Of a stretch of 64,000 nucleotides of DNA, positions 33,688 through 45,700 are shown in pieces. Position numbers and translations under genes: made by a program. The notes beneath the pieces are model-generated. The model saw only the letters and a program-made list of their open reading frames with translations. It was not told the DNA's origin and made no database searches. Every line of letters starts with the position of its first letter. Positions within the stretch are counted from its first letter, which is position 1. The stretch is from a virus, in the IMG/VR virus record IMGVR_UViG_3300032334_002236, positions 1 through 64,000 of that record, one strand, 5' to 3'.

Positions 33688-34101
33688 TCAGGATACATAA
33701 GCATCTGTGCTGGCAAAGTTATGGAATATCACTACAGTTTGCCCAGCAGGTGGTGGATTAAGGAAAGTTATAGTGGCATTGCTTAATGTGAAAGCATCAT
33801 CTGGATTCTGATGCACGTTACCCACGAATACCAGGACGCTGCGGCTGCTTACAGGAATCTGGCTCAATGTATACTGTGTCTGTGATCCGTTACCAGTAAA
33901 TGTGTCCTTGGTGATGGATACCTGGCCAGTGATAGCCAAAACCAACCAGGAATTGTAATAGATCTCGAAACGCTCAGTATCTGAATTGAATCTGATCTGA
34001 CCATTCACAGGTGCAACTGGTCTACTGGCAGTATTACCCACAGGTAACTGTATGGCTGTACTTCCGGTCTTGATCTGATCGTTTTTAAGATATCTGGCCA
34101 T
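33688..34101 (-). CDS. virion structural protein
   Basis: LPVGNTASRP...GQIRFN; FTGNGSQTQYTL...VFVGNVHQNP. Confidence 0.75.
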   Translation of the reverse strand: MARYLKNDQIKTGSTAIQLPVGNTASRPVAPVNGQIRFNSDTERFEIYYNSWLVLAITGQVSITKDTFTGNGSQTQYTLSQIPVSSRSVLVFVGNVHQNPDDAFTLSNATITFLNPPPAGQTVVIFHNFASTDAYVS

Positions 34102-34409
34102 TAGAGTCCAATATACCCCACTGTGCTATTGATCACGCTGTTGGCATTGGCACTGGCATAAACTGCATCGCCGTTGCTTAGGATGATTTTTTCTTTGTCT
34201 ACCACCAGTGTATCGCTGGTGCTTATGCTGTAATTTTTGTATACGATGGTAGTATTGTCTGGACTACCACCATTGGGCACCAGATACATATTGATGGTGT
34301 GGTTAACACTATCAGTGTTACAAAAATACATAAGTGTCACCACAGTCTGCCCAGTGCTGGTATAGATGGCAGTGGGACTGGTGGTTAGTGTGTTATTGAC
34401 TATGGCCAT
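34101..34409 (-). CDS. small beta-rich virion protein
   Basis: 102-aa ORF; FCNT and EKIILSNGD.VYA. Confidence 0.7.
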   Translation of the reverse strand: MAIVNNTLTTSPTAIYTSTGQTVVTLMYFCNTDSVNHTINMYLVPNGGSPDNTTIVYKNYSISTSDTLVVDKEKIILSNGDAVYASANANSVINSTVGYIGL

Positions 34410-34417
34410 GTTTGTTC

Positions 34418-35185
34418 CTAACTAAAAATCAAAGCCAAAACAGTGGCTTTACTCTTGCTTATCAATTCATCTTGTGTGCTGGTATTTACGAAGTATAGGC
34501 CTGTGCCGCCGCTGCCTGGAGCATTAGCATACAATGTGACTTTACCACTGGCACTTGCTGGCTGGGCTGAGTAAGACATCTGTACAGGACTGCCAACTTG
34601 GAGCGGGCCTGTGAAATTAGTGATGCTGTTGGTGGTTAAACGCAGATTTCCCACAAAGAAGATACCAGATCCCGCATTATATTTCAGCACACTGTCGCCC
34701 AGGAAACTGGTGCCGTTGCTGTATTGTACGCTCTGGGCTGAACCACCAGGTTGTGATGACGGCAAGCTCTGCAGATATCCTTTGGTCACTACATCGTCAC
34801 TATTGACAGGTGTTGCTGCCCTGATGGCACTGAGGTTACTTCCCAAGAGTCCTTCGAATCTGCTGCTTACTTCACTATATTGCCATATGGCATTGGCACT
34901 GGTTCCGCGGCTGATTATGATGCCACTGTTACTCTGTGTGATACCTGCACCGGTTTCTCCGCTGTTCAATGTCATGAACAAGTTTCCGGATGTGCTGTTG
35001 GTAGTGGTCACACTCACAGTATTTCCCAATACCAACAGGTTACCATGGATGGTAGTCAATCCACTGTAGATATCCAACTTGTTATTGGTGATGCTTGTAT
35101 TTCCCAGCACATTGAAATTACCGTGTATGGACACGGTATTACTATAGATGTCATAATTTCCACTAAATCTTCTGATACTGTCCAT
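34418..35185 (-). CDS. virion structural protein
   Basis: IHGNLLVLG, TLNSGETGAG, SGIIISRG, DELISK.KA..LALIF. Confidence 0.7.
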   Translation of the reverse strand: MDSIRRFSGNYDIYSNTVSIHGNFNVLGNTSITNNKLDIYSGLTTIHGNLLVLGNTVSVTTTNSTSGNLFMTLNSGETGAGITQSNSGIIISRGTSANAIWQYSEVSSRFEGLLGSNLSAIRAATPVNSDDVVTKGYLQSLPSSQPGGSAQSVQYSNGTSFLGDSVLKYNAGSGIFFVGNLRLTTNSITNFTGPLQVGSPVQMSYSAQPASASGKVTLYANAPGSGGTGLYFVNTSTQDELISKSKATVLALIFS

Positions 35186-35228
35186 TGTGTGTTCCGGCTA
35201 GATTATTTATCTGATGGAAAAAACTCAG

Positions 35229-35252
35229 AAAAATAGCGGCCGGAGCCGCTAT
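35229..35252 (-). terminator. rho-independent terminator after the 272-aa gene
   Basis: On the - strand: ATAGCGGC-tccg-GCCGCTAT followed by TTTT. Confidence 0.8.
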
Positions 35253-35260
35253 CTGTTTGT

Positions 35261-36079
35261 TTAAGCCTGTGGCAGTCTTACTGTAGTAGCAGTAGGATTG
35301 CTGAAGGTGTAAGCATATTTGTTGCCTGCAAAATCACGAGCAAACTTGTTGTCCAAACGAGCGACATATGCTGTTACAAACATGTCACGAGTGCTGTTTG
35401 ACACAGCTTGGCTACTGAAGCTGATGCTGGCATTAGCTAGTCCATTGGCAATAGTCACGTTCGTGACAACCACGTTGCCATTCAAACCAGTGTTATTGAT
35501 GACCTGTATTTCAGGATCTGATGTGGTAACTGGACCACTGATGACACCAGCTACGTTACCCACTGCATAAGTGACATAAGCACTGGTAGCAGGGCTACCA
35601 TTTTGCTTGAGATTAGCACTAAGCAGAACGGCCTTGTCCATGGTGATGCTCATTTCACCAGGTGACAATTCTTGGGGCAACTTGTTGACCAGCTTGCAAA
35701 CCTGTGCACCATAAGCACTGCCAGTTGTAGTCAATGCACTGTTCTGTGCGATGCAAGTGAAGATATCACCAGCAACTGCATCTTTAGGGCCACCAAGTGC
35801 TGCCCAATCAGTAGTACCTACGGTTTTGACCACATAGGCGTTGCCATTAGTCAAAGCCTCATCTTGGATGGTATTAGTTGTATCAGCAACTAAAAACTTG
35901 CTGCGGCCACGAGCACGTAGCAAGCTGCCGTTAGCTTGTGTGCCATTCTGTACCACATTGACTTGAGCTTGGATCTGGCTACCAGTGATGGTTGCGAGAC
36001 CACCTGTGCCACCGATTACGTTTAGCGCATCAGCATACAGGTTCACTGTTGCTGATTTCTGAATCTTAAATTTTGCCAT
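35261..36079 (-). CDS. probable abundant virion protein (own late promoter, strong RBS, own terminator)
   Basis: 272-aa ORF; AGGAGA RBS, GATAAATA promoter at ~36144-51, terminator at 35229-52. Confidence 0.75.
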   Translation of the reverse strand: MAKFKIQKSATVNLYADALNVIGGTGGLATITGSQIQAQVNVVQNGTQANGSLLRARGRSKFLVADTTNTIQDEALTNGNAYVVKTVGTTDWAALGGPKDAVAGDIFTCIAQNSALTTTGSAYGAQVCKLVNKLPQELSPGEMSITMDKAVLLSANLKQNGSPATSAYVTYAVGNVAGVISGPVTTSDPEIQVINNTGLNGNVVVTNVTIANGLANASISFSSQAVSNSTRDMFVTAYVARLDNKFARDFAGNKYAYTFSNPTATTVRLPQA

Positions 36080-36090
36080 TTTATTCTCCT

Positions 36091-36136
36091 GTTGCGACGT
36101 TCTAGGTCATCGGCTGGCTGACCGAAGTCTATCAAC
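36091..36136 (-). promoter_or_regulatory. structured 5' leader (long imperfect hairpin) between late promoter and RBS
   Basis: Sense RNA GUUG-aua-GAC-UUC-GGUCA-(gccagccga)-UGACC-ua-GAA-c-GUC-g-CAAC lies directly before AGGAG. Confidence 0.45.
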
Positions 36137-36149
36137 GACTATCTATTTA

Positions 36150-38009
36150 TCAGTTTATCTGGCTATATGCATTAATGCGAGTGACCCAATGCCAGTTTAC
36201 CAGGTTTACTACCAAGGTACTGCGTGTCTTTGCATAAAGCACGTCGATATTCCATAATTTGATCTCTATGGGACCAGATGCACCAGCTTTCACTTGCAGG
36301 GGGCTAACCAGGCTATCCTGGCCGCTTATCTGCAAGAAATTCTTATCGCCACCAGAGAATCCGGAATTAACCACCCTGTATTTGTTGCTGCCAGCATCAT
36401 TGATGGTTACTAGACCGCTATAATTCTCATTGGTGGTGATCTCGGTGAATTGCATCCATATGGTGGCACTGTAAAAATCAAATGGATCGGTTATGGTCAG
36501 CACAGTATGTGCGGTATATGCTGCTTCACCTGAGGGGAACTCCACTGCTGTGGTATATGGCACAGTATTGATTCCATTGACAACACTAGCAGCAACTGGA
36601 GCATCTATCCACTGAGCGATGGTACCGTTGGTACCTAATACTTTGTTGGCTTTGTTAGTCTGATCAGGCAATACTGCTGGTGTCAACCAGGCTAATTTGT
36701 TGTTGTTGCCCAGGCCCAATACAGCACCTGGTGATCCGCCACCCACGCTTATGGTGTTAGCTAGACCCAGATCCACATTGCCTCTCACTGTGAGCAGTTG
36801 CATGTTAGGCAAAGCCGTGATGAGATATTGGACAGGGTCAGTGACAAACCTGGCTTGTATGGCCTGTTGGCTATAGATGCTGCTGTTGGCGCTACCGTTG
36901 ATATTACCTGAGATGGTGCTAGTTACAGCTAGCCCAGTGAGTGTACCCAGGCTGGTGATGTTTGGTTGTGCTGGGGTCAGGATGTTTCCTGATATTGCTT
37001 GTGTCTGTAGTGTACCTGTGACCAACGTACCCACAGTGGCAGTACCAGTTACAGTGATGCTGCTCAGGTTACCTAAACTGGTTATGTTAGGTTGTGGTCC
37101 TGGCCCCAATACGCCGTTAAGGATAGCAGCAGTGACATTGCCTGCCGTGATAGCACCTGTGACATCCAATGATGTCAATGTGCCCAGGCTGTTTATGTAA
37201 GGCTGGTTATTGGTAAGGATCAGTCCATTGATGCCTTTGCTGGCACTAAGCACATTAGCACCAAAATTATTATTGACTTGGAAATTATCAGCCACTAGAC
37301 TGGTAAAGCTGCCAGGATAACGCAATCCACTTTGGTTAATAGGACCAGTGATATTACCAAAAAAGTCCTGTGCTGTGACTCTGACAGCTGTGACTTGTGT
37401 AAAGGCAGCTACATTTGGCACACGATTACCTATGACGCCATTGAAATAACCTGATATGTCAGGTGATTTTATGCTTGTGGCAGTGACACTGGTAAATGCA
37501 CCAGTATTAGGGGCAGTTAGTCCTATGGGACCAGTATAATTTCCACTGGTGCTGTTATTAGCAATGACATTACCTATCTGAGCTTTGTTATAGATGAAGC
37601 TGTCTGTTACGATCAGATTCTTGATCACTGCATTCACAGCACTGAGATTGATCACTGACAAGTTTGCTATCACTGCACTGTTAGCAGTCATGGCATCAGT
37701 AACCAGATTGGTATTGGTGCTATTCTGGCCAACTATCACGAATCCCGGCTTGCCATTAGCACCGCCGTTACTAGTCCAGACGTACAATGTTTGCTTAGTT
37801 TTACTAAACCAAAGTTGCCCCACTAAAGGATTTTGGGGTGGGATCGTGTTGGCATAATTTTCCAGCTGACGTATGCTGTTTCCAGCAAAAACAGTGGCAT
37901 AATCAGCATAACCTTTGCCTACCAGCGTGGTACTGTAGGTTGTGTTCAATGTACCGTCAGTTACTGTTACTAATGGTGTTCCGTCAGTGAGATTAACGCT
38001 ATAGGTCAT
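36150..38009 (-). CDS. fibre protein with shared N-terminal domain and QPNITSLG repeats
   Basis: TLVGKGY..YA...QLENYA...GQLWF; QPYINSLGTLTSL, QPNITSLGNL, QPNITSLGTL. Confidence 0.75.
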   Translation of the reverse strand: MTYSVNLTDGTPLVTVTDGTLNTTYSTTLVGKGYADYATVFAGNSIRQLENYANTIPPQNPLVGQLWFSKTKQTLYVWTSNGGANGKPGFVIVGQNSTNTNLVTDAMTANSAVIANLSVINLSAVNAVIKNLIVTDSFIYNKAQIGNVIANNSTSGNYTGPIGLTAPNTGAFTSVTATSIKSPDISGYFNGVIGNRVPNVAAFTQVTAVRVTAQDFFGNITGPINQSGLRYPGSFTSLVADNFQVNNNFGANVLSASKGINGLILTNNQPYINSLGTLTSLDVTGAITAGNVTAAILNGVLGPGPQPNITSLGNLSSITVTGTATVGTLVTGTLQTQAISGNILTPAQPNITSLGTLTGLAVTSTISGNINGSANSSIYSQQAIQARFVTDPVQYLITALPNMQLLTVRGNVDLGLANTISVGGGSPGAVLGLGNNNKLAWLTPAVLPDQTNKANKVLGTNGTIAQWIDAPVAASVVNGINTVPYTTAVEFPSGEAAYTAHTVLTITDPFDFYSATIWMQFTEITTNENYSGLVTINDAGSNKYRVVNSGFSGGDKNFLQISGQDSLVSPLQVKAGASGPIEIKLWNIDVLYAKTRSTLVVNLVNWHWVTRINAYSQIN

Positions 38010-38037
38010 GTTCTTGCCTCAGAGTATTTATCGGCTG

Positions 38038-38973
38038 TTAGCCCACGAGCCTGATGCTAAATCCACTGTTGCTGTCATTTATATGAGCATTGCTACTGGC
38101 ACTGATCATGAATTGCAATACATCGCCAGCAAAACAGTTGAGGAATCCCCTGATGCTCAGTTGTTGTTGGGTGCTTGTGGAATGTTTGTTCTCTGCGATG
38201 AGACCAGTATAATCCTGGTTCTGCCACCACATTACCCGGTGTCGATCATAACCTGTGGCGCCGCCCAGTGTCTGGACATATCCATGCACCTCATATGTGC
38301 CGTCCACAGGGCATTGGAACACCCCGCCACCAGGAGTGCTGAGCCAATATCCACCATTATTCACAGGCACATAGACTGCATCATATGTGCTGGGCACATC
38401 GATTCCTGATCCTGAAAAATATCCGGTACCAAATGTGTTCACACGATAATTGGCACACACACAAGCATTGTATGGAAAATTGATCTGGCCCTGGTAATTG
38501 GTTTTAAGCACCGTGGTGCCCTGTACTTGCAGATCAAATTCCTTGGCTTCGGCACGTAGTTGCCCAGGATTGCTCAAGATAGGACCGATCACTGTGAAAG
38601 CGTTATTGTAGTATACGCTCAACTGTAGATTGTTGGTATCCCACCATAGATCGCCATTGTTTACCAGCAAAGGTTTATTGTCTGATTGGATCATGCCAGT
38701 GAGCGATTGCCAATAAGCCTGCGTGGGTGTTACCCTGTAAACTTTTATGTTCTGGCTGTTGAGATCATACCATAGCTGCCCTTGTACAGGATAGTTAGGA
38801 GCACTGGTATGTGCGAAATTTTCCAACAGGTATACCAGGTTCTGATCGAATATCTCACCATAAGCTGGATAATTCTTTCCCACTAATACCAGGCTGGTGC
38901 TTTTCTCATCTAGTGTGCCGTCAGCTATGTTCACGAGTGGATCTGTGTTGCTACGTTTGATATAATAGGTCAT
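38038..38973 (-). CDS. short fibre with shared N-terminal domain and C-terminal C1q/TNF-like domain
   Basis: LVLVGKNY..YGE...LLENFA...GQLWYD; GVFQCPVDGTYEV...LNCFAGDVLQF...SGFSIRLVG. Confidence 0.7.
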   Translation of the reverse strand: MTYYIKRSNTDPLVNIADGTLDEKSTSLVLVGKNYPAYGEIFDQNLVYLLENFAHTSAPNYPVQGQLWYDLNSQNIKVYRVTPTQAYWQSLTGMIQSDNKPLLVNNGDLWWDTNNLQLSVYYNNAFTVIGPILSNPGQLRAEAKEFDLQVQGTTVLKTNYQGQINFPYNACVCANYRVNTFGTGYFSGSGIDVPSTYDAVYVPVNNGGYWLSTPGGGVFQCPVDGTYEVHGYVQTLGGATGYDRHRVMWWQNQDYTGLIAENKHSTSTQQQLSIRGFLNCFAGDVLQFMISASSNAHINDSNSGFSIRLVG

Positions 38974-39599
38974 GCTGAAACACCCAAGTTGGTCAAGCTC
39001 TGGATCCTGATGGTATAATCCACTTGTATCTGCCTGTTGAGGCTCTTCTGTATGGGATGGAATATCACATGTGTTAATAGCATACCTGGATTGGCTGTGA
39101 TGCCGTAATCATCAGTGGTGGTGCCAGCATAGCTTTTTATGCCCATCTCATCAAAAACATAAGTGTCATTTACCAGATAACTGTTGTCGAAAGCCAACTG
39201 ATCACTGGGCTCACCGTAATCCAACACACAACTGATGAACAGATCAGTGTACACTTGCCCAGGAGTATGTCTCACCTGTATGTTGTTGCGTGTGGCATCA
39301 GTATTACTGCTCTGGTATTGGTTAACGATCTTTTTATAAGTCTGGTTATACAAGCTGCTGTTGCTGCCTTTGGTGTTGGTGGGCAGATATGTTATCACGC
39401 CAGTGTTGTCTATACTGGTACCACCATTTCCAAATACCATCTCACTGACAAAACCTTGCCCGCCATTCACGAGGCTTTGGGCAATGGCCAGACTGAAGTT
39501 TTCATAATGTATGGCATTGTGATCGTGATAAAAAATGGTGCCATCTGTGGGACTCCAGATCTTAACGTCGCCGGTTATTTGCAGTGGCAAGTGGTTCAT
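38970..39599 (-). CDS. baseplate-associated structural protein
   Basis: HNAIHYENFS, FGNGG, LDYGEP, FDEMG, HVIFHPIQKSLNR. Confidence 0.7.
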   Translation of the reverse strand: MNHLPLQITGDVKIWSPTDGTIFYHDHNAIHYENFSLAIAQSLVNGGQGFVSEMVFGNGGTSIDNTGVITYLPTNTKGSNSSLYNQTYKKIVNQYQSSNTDATRNNIQVRHTPGQVYTDLFISCVLDYGEPSDQLAFDNSYLVNDTYVFDEMGIKSYAGTTTDDYGITANPGMLLTHVIFHPIQKSLNRQIQVDYTIRIQSLTNLGVSA

Positions 39600-39751
39600 G
39601 CGCGGGTTTCCAGTAATATTTGTCCTGATTCACCATCAGTTATCTTGAGGAACCCTTGTAACAGGATGCCACTGGATTCTTCTGGCAGATCTTCAACAAC
39701 ATTCTGTTGTTGTGGTGTATTATTTATCTGTGATTCCTGCTGCGAATCCAT
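39596..39751 (-). CDS. 51-aa small protein (not in the ORF track)
   Basis: MDSQQESQINNTPQQQNVVEDLPEESSGILLQGFLKITDGESGQILLETRA; start overlaps the upstream TAA and the stop forms ATGA with the next gene. Confidence 0.65.
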   Translation of the reverse strand: MDSQQESQINNTPQQQNVVEDLPEESSGILLQGFLKITDGESGQILLETRA

Positions 39752-42700
39752 TATGCGCTCCTGATATATCTGGCTTGTATACTGTCCGATTCATGCAGTG
39801 TCTGACCAGGTTTGATCCATAGATGACCTTGTCTCAATTTCTGCCCATTGGCTACAGTGACCAACTGTCCGGCCTTGTTAGTTATCACCACATCTATCAG
39901 CTGTGTAAAGATGCTGAAACCTGGTGTGCCAGTCAATGTGATTCCTGTGGCATCATTACCCGTATCAGCAGCAATCACGCCAGTGAAGGCAGTGAGTGCA
40001 TTTATGGATGTGACTATCCTTGATCTATTAGTGGCAGTATTTGTTGTCAACAACAGGTTGACTATGGTGCCATTTATCAAGATCTGGGTGCTGGTACTGG
40101 CCGAGGGTGCAGTCATGGCACTACCAGGCACAACGGTAATTGCACTGAGTGGACTGGTACCTTGCTGGAGACCAGTATATCCCAGATCAGCACCGTTGCT
40201 GTCAGTAAATCCACCACTTATATCCACAACTATATCCTGGCCTATCAGATCACTCAGTTTGATGCCAGTGGTATCACTGCCACTGTCTATGGCTGTGACC
40301 CCGGTGATGCTGCTGACAGCATTTATGGCATTGGTTATCTTGCTGCGATTAGCTGTGATATTGGTTGTGAGATAGCCTATGCTTATGTCCTGCCCATCTA
40401 TCCTGATGCTGCCAGTTATCTCAGTACGCGGTGCAAGCATGCTGGTTCCAGCAACAACATTCACAGCAGCAAATGATCCCAATGTCAATCCCAACCATGT
40501 GGCATCTATGCCTTCAGTCAATAATTCTGTCTCTGTGCTCTGTGGTATGTTCATCATGTCGCTGGCATCTTGAAGTATGCTGAAAGTGTCATGCCTATCT
40601 GCTGCTCCAGTTCCAGCCGTGCCCCTTCTGAGTAATCCCAAGCGGCTGTTGGCCAGATCCTTGACTCCATATGTTATGCGTTCACCGTTGACAAACACCA
40701 CACCAGGTTTGTTCACACTGGGATCACTGTCTGCCAACCTGCTGAGATCTGCCACATATATCCACTCATCCGCCTGATACAGATCTTGTGTGAGATAGGT
40801 CATATGGTCCTGTTTGATCACCTGGTATGTGGTGGTATCAGTGAGATCCTTGAATATCCTGAACTTGCTCCAACGGTTGCGGTTGGCACTGCCGAATGCT
40901 CTAACCACGATGATGTCAGCATCAGCAATATATTGATCGAATATGATCCTGTTCTTGCCTATCAGGCGATAATCCAGATATGGCATCTGTAACATGCCGT
41001 TGATGGTTATCATCACTGCACCTGGATCTTCTATATCCACAGGCAACACGAATGGCAAGTCGGTCCTGATCTGGGATAACTCGTTATCGAAAGGACTGTC
41101 ATCCAGGATATCGCCATCGAACCCTGCGTTAACATTGACATATGTGCCCATGTTATTTCCAGTGTACACCCAGGTCTTGAGATCTATCATGTCGTGGTTT
41201 GTCAGTGTTAACACATGCACACGATCAGTGTCATGTAATCCCAAGCTGGGATCGATAGTCACTGAGTTGGTGCTGTGTATGCGATAATCGCTGTAACTGC
41301 TGTCACTGATTATGATCTGGCTACCTGGTAACGGAGTCACATTGAATTGTATCTGGGGCCATTGGCCTGCCACACGTACTACCTGATATTCTATGCGATT
41401 CTTCATGGTAATACCATCTACTACCACGACAATGTCGCTGTCCCGTATCAGATTGAGATTGGAAACATATCTAAGCTGGCTGAGACTGAATTTGCTGGTC
41501 ATGCCATTGGCAGTATAATAAGCCTGGCTGCTGGGTGTCAGATAGGTGTTGTTTACTCTCACGATGGTATGTACTATGGCTGGTTCTTCCTGCAATACCG
41601 GATCAGCCAATACCAGGTTGTAATTGACTGGAGCGCCTGCTGATGTGGAATAAGTGTATTCGTTTATACGAGCATAGCTACGCAGTCCGTTATCATAACC
41701 ATAGCTGTGCAATGATATCTCATCATTCAGCTTGGGCTTATGTGCCAATGTGACCAACACACCATTATCAGTCTTACTCAGGGTAAAGTCAGTATAATGA
41801 TCTTGTTGTATGCGCACATACACCTGTTTGCAATCGACCAGGCTGACATCTGGCAGCAGGAATGTCCTGGTGACGCCGTCACTGATATATCTGGCATTGC
41901 TGCTCTGTGCAAATCCCGTGCTACCCCAGATATTGATCTGCAGAGTAAGGCCAGCAACTGCTGGATTAGTCAATATGACATTCTTTCCTGACAGATCCAA
42001 TGTGTAATCCAGATCCAGGTCAAGTGGTCCATATTTTTCCACCGCCACCCAGACAAACTCGCTGCCTGCCTGAGGCAGTGAAACATCGCTCCAACTGTAA
42101 ACTTGTTGGATACCATCTGACACATACGCCACCTGGCGTATCTCAGGATTGATATAATGTGTGAGCATATCTGTGGCGCTGGTAGTCACTGTTATGTCCA
42201 GTGTATCCATCAATCTGCCTGGCAACAATTCTTCAGGTGCTGGCACATTATTGGCATCCACGAATTGGCCGCCTTCAGTGATGATATCTTCTGGCCTGAT
42301 ACCCAGCATCTGGTCTGTGAATTGGCTGGTATAGATGGTATCTATGGCTTGTGGACCACGTATGATATCCAATCCCAGTTCATCACGATATACAGGATCA
42401 TATGGAGCCTGATCATAAGCTGGCTGGTCATATCCGCTTGCCTGATCGAATCCTGGTCCTATCACTTGCACACCAGCATGCTTGATACCGGCCATCAGTT
42501 GGCTGAGATCACGACCAGCTTTGCCTGGACCAGTCTGGTAATAACTCCAGATACGGTCAGCAGCATTGTCCAACCAATTGCCTGCATAAGGTCTCAATTT
42601 AGCAGCATCGAAATCGTTGCCACTGACAAAACTTTCAGTAACCACATAGGCCACTGGTCCAGTATGATCCCACAGGCTGTCACGATAGATCACCACATCT

Positions 42701-45700
42701 TCCTTGTTGTAACTGGTGTCAGGTGTCCATATCCTTATTATCATCAGTCTGAAGTTCAGCATGTTGAACCGGTTGTTGCTGACATGGTCCACCACACACC
42801 TGAATGCTGGATCGATGTAACTCACCACCTGATCCAATTTGTAACTGGTATCAGGTTTCCAATCTTGTACCTGATTGCTGTAGGTATATCTGTCGAATTT
42901 CAGCTGGGTCTTGATGTTCCTGGCCAGGCCCAATCCCAGGTGTACCGCAGCAACAGCAGGCGTGTCATTTATGCCAGTGATGGTCACTGATGCTTGTGTA
43001 TATCCTTTACCAGGATCGGTCACTGTGATCTTAGTGATCACACCGTTAACCACGGTTGCTTTGGCCTTGGCACCAGTACCATTGCCATATATCTTGACGC
43101 TCACTGTGCTGGCAATATATCCTGTTCCAGTGTGTATCATACGAACACGCTCTGCACCATAAGCATGGTTATTGAGCCAAGGTGCATACACTGTACGGGC
43201 CAATGCTACCTGATCTATCTGGTTGTTAAGTTGTGGACTACGATACCTGCTGGCATCTATATTGTAATAAGGCTGCAGATCAAAATCCGTTATGTCCAGT
43301 TGAGCCACGTCTGGATTTTGCATGTTGTCGTATCTGGCCACATATTTTTTCAGATACACATGGAAAGGTTTGATCTCCTGGAAGAACTCGCTTATGCTGT
43401 TTTGTATATCTGGCAGGAACACTGGAAGTTGGTCCAGTTTTCTCACTCTCTGATACATGTCCACCAGGCTGGTTTTCATGACCCAATCTGCATCCAGGGT
43501 CTGGCTCAGTTGCAGGTTCATCAGGCTACGCATGATGGATTTGAGATCAGTACGGAATTCCTGGGTCATCAGATGTTCTATCACAGCTTGGAATATCACG
43601 CTTACTTCTTTATTGCAATCTTTGCCATAACTGGTGCTGTCCAAACTGCTGCCGTCCAGGCCCAGACCATTCTGGCTGTTATCCCATAGGTTGTCGCTGA
43701 ATGACACAGTGGCACCTTGTTGAGCCAACAATGTCAGACCGTTGCCAGTTACCAGGCACATCTTCCAACCACCAGCATCACTATTACGGATGTATATGAC
43801 ATCCCCTAATGCCAATGGTAGGTTGTTGATCTCACCTTCATTATCGATGTTGTAATTGGTCTTGGTATCCTGTGTATATTCAGGACTATACCAATCAGTA
43901 CTGGTCCAATACTTCCTGACATCATAGGTCTGTACTCTCACCAGGTACCAATAAAATTTATTCTGTGGATCTTTTCTCAGTTCCCTGATGCTCCATCCAC
44001 CAGACACATCTGAATCTTGGCTTACAAGTACCTTGGCACCCAAGGTGTATAATCTCTGATCCAGGTAACCCAATTCTGTCAGATCCTGGACGCTTGTGAC
44101 ATAATGGCTGCTGTCTGGCACTGGATCATGGCGACCCAGAGCAGCCAAGAAGCTGGGCCTGATCAACGTGATGCAGACATTCTTACAGAATTCATTCAGT
44201 TGTAAGAAATAACTCTGGCGTGCCTGGTATAGATCACCAAACACTGTCTGCCTGGGTCTCACACTGGTGCCGTATCGTTGTTTTTCCGGCAATCTGGTGT
44301 CAGGCACAGGCCTGTCCTGATCGTCTTGCCCAGATAGGCTGTGGCGTATCTTGTCATAGATTTCTTGGTTAGTTCCCAGATCGCTGCCATCGTCGAACAC
44401 CGCCCATTCACTGTGAGTGACACTTGTATCTGACTCACTTGTGCGTAATATCAGGCTGGTGTCTGAACCTATCAGGCCCTGGCAATTATATAATCCCAAC
44501 AAGTTTGTGTCAAGCACACTGATATACGCCTGATCCTGCTGTCTGGGACTGGCTAATATCTGTTCCATCTCTATGGTGCTGACGTCGTTGAGATTGCTAT
44601 TTCTCACCCAGAAATAATAACGCACCTGTGCTGCACCAGTGATATTGTCCACGATGGTGCGGGTACTGTACACATCTGTCTGTACATACAAGGGCTTGGT
44701 TTTACCATTGGCTGTGGAAAATTCCAGTGGCGGAACATCAGATTCTATCCACTGATAGATGCTGATGCTGCTGTTGGGGAAAGCATTGTTCCAGGTATTC
44801 AGTTTGAAGATGATGTCACCCTGATCCTGATCCATCAATTTGATGTTATTGGTATCCCACCAAGTTTGTCCCACTTGTTGGTATCCCCAACTGCTTCTTT
44901 GATCTGTATTAAAAGTCAGTCTGTTGGGCGCATTGGTATAAACTGCTGGATCGGTATTACTGATGTAATTTAGTTTGCTGGCCACTGTGGGAGCAAATTT
45001 GCTATGCAAAGGATCCAGCACTATCAGATCTTGCATCTTGGTACGGGTATTACGATCATAAAGATAAGCATGCGTGATACGGCTGCTGTCATATTCTGCA
45101 CCTTTGCGTCGCAATGTCTTCCATACACGTTCAGCAACGGGATTCTTGTAGATGTATAATGTGCCCTGTGGTTGGTCGTTGACATTGCCACTGGGGCTGC
45201 CGATGGCTAACCAATTTTCACTGATAGCTACACCTGTGCCAAATTTGCTCTGTGTGGACAGATCTTTATGGCTCAATGTGCTTGCGTACACATATTTGTC
45301 TGGTCTGTCAGTGTCGCCAGGTCCCTGCAATTCATATAGATAGGCTGTGCCACTACGATAGGTCTTGTCTTTGAGGTCCACTAATGTGCGATTATCGAAT
45401 GTCAATGCACCATTATCGAATGTTGTTATCTTATAGTTGTCACTTACGCTAGTTCCCACCAGCAGCAGTTGCCCATCAGGACTCAATGTTATCCTTTCTC
45501 CGAATTTTTCTGTGTCCTGGGTCAACGGGCTCAGTATAAGCTGGCTATGGTTCCAGGAACTCATGCCCAACAGAGACAACACATCTGTCAATCCATTACG
45601 TAGGCGCATGATAGCTGGAGGTGCTGCTATTATTTGTATCTTGCTGGATACCAGAGCAGCAGATATTCCCAGTATACCAGCATTGTTTATGGTATCCAGG

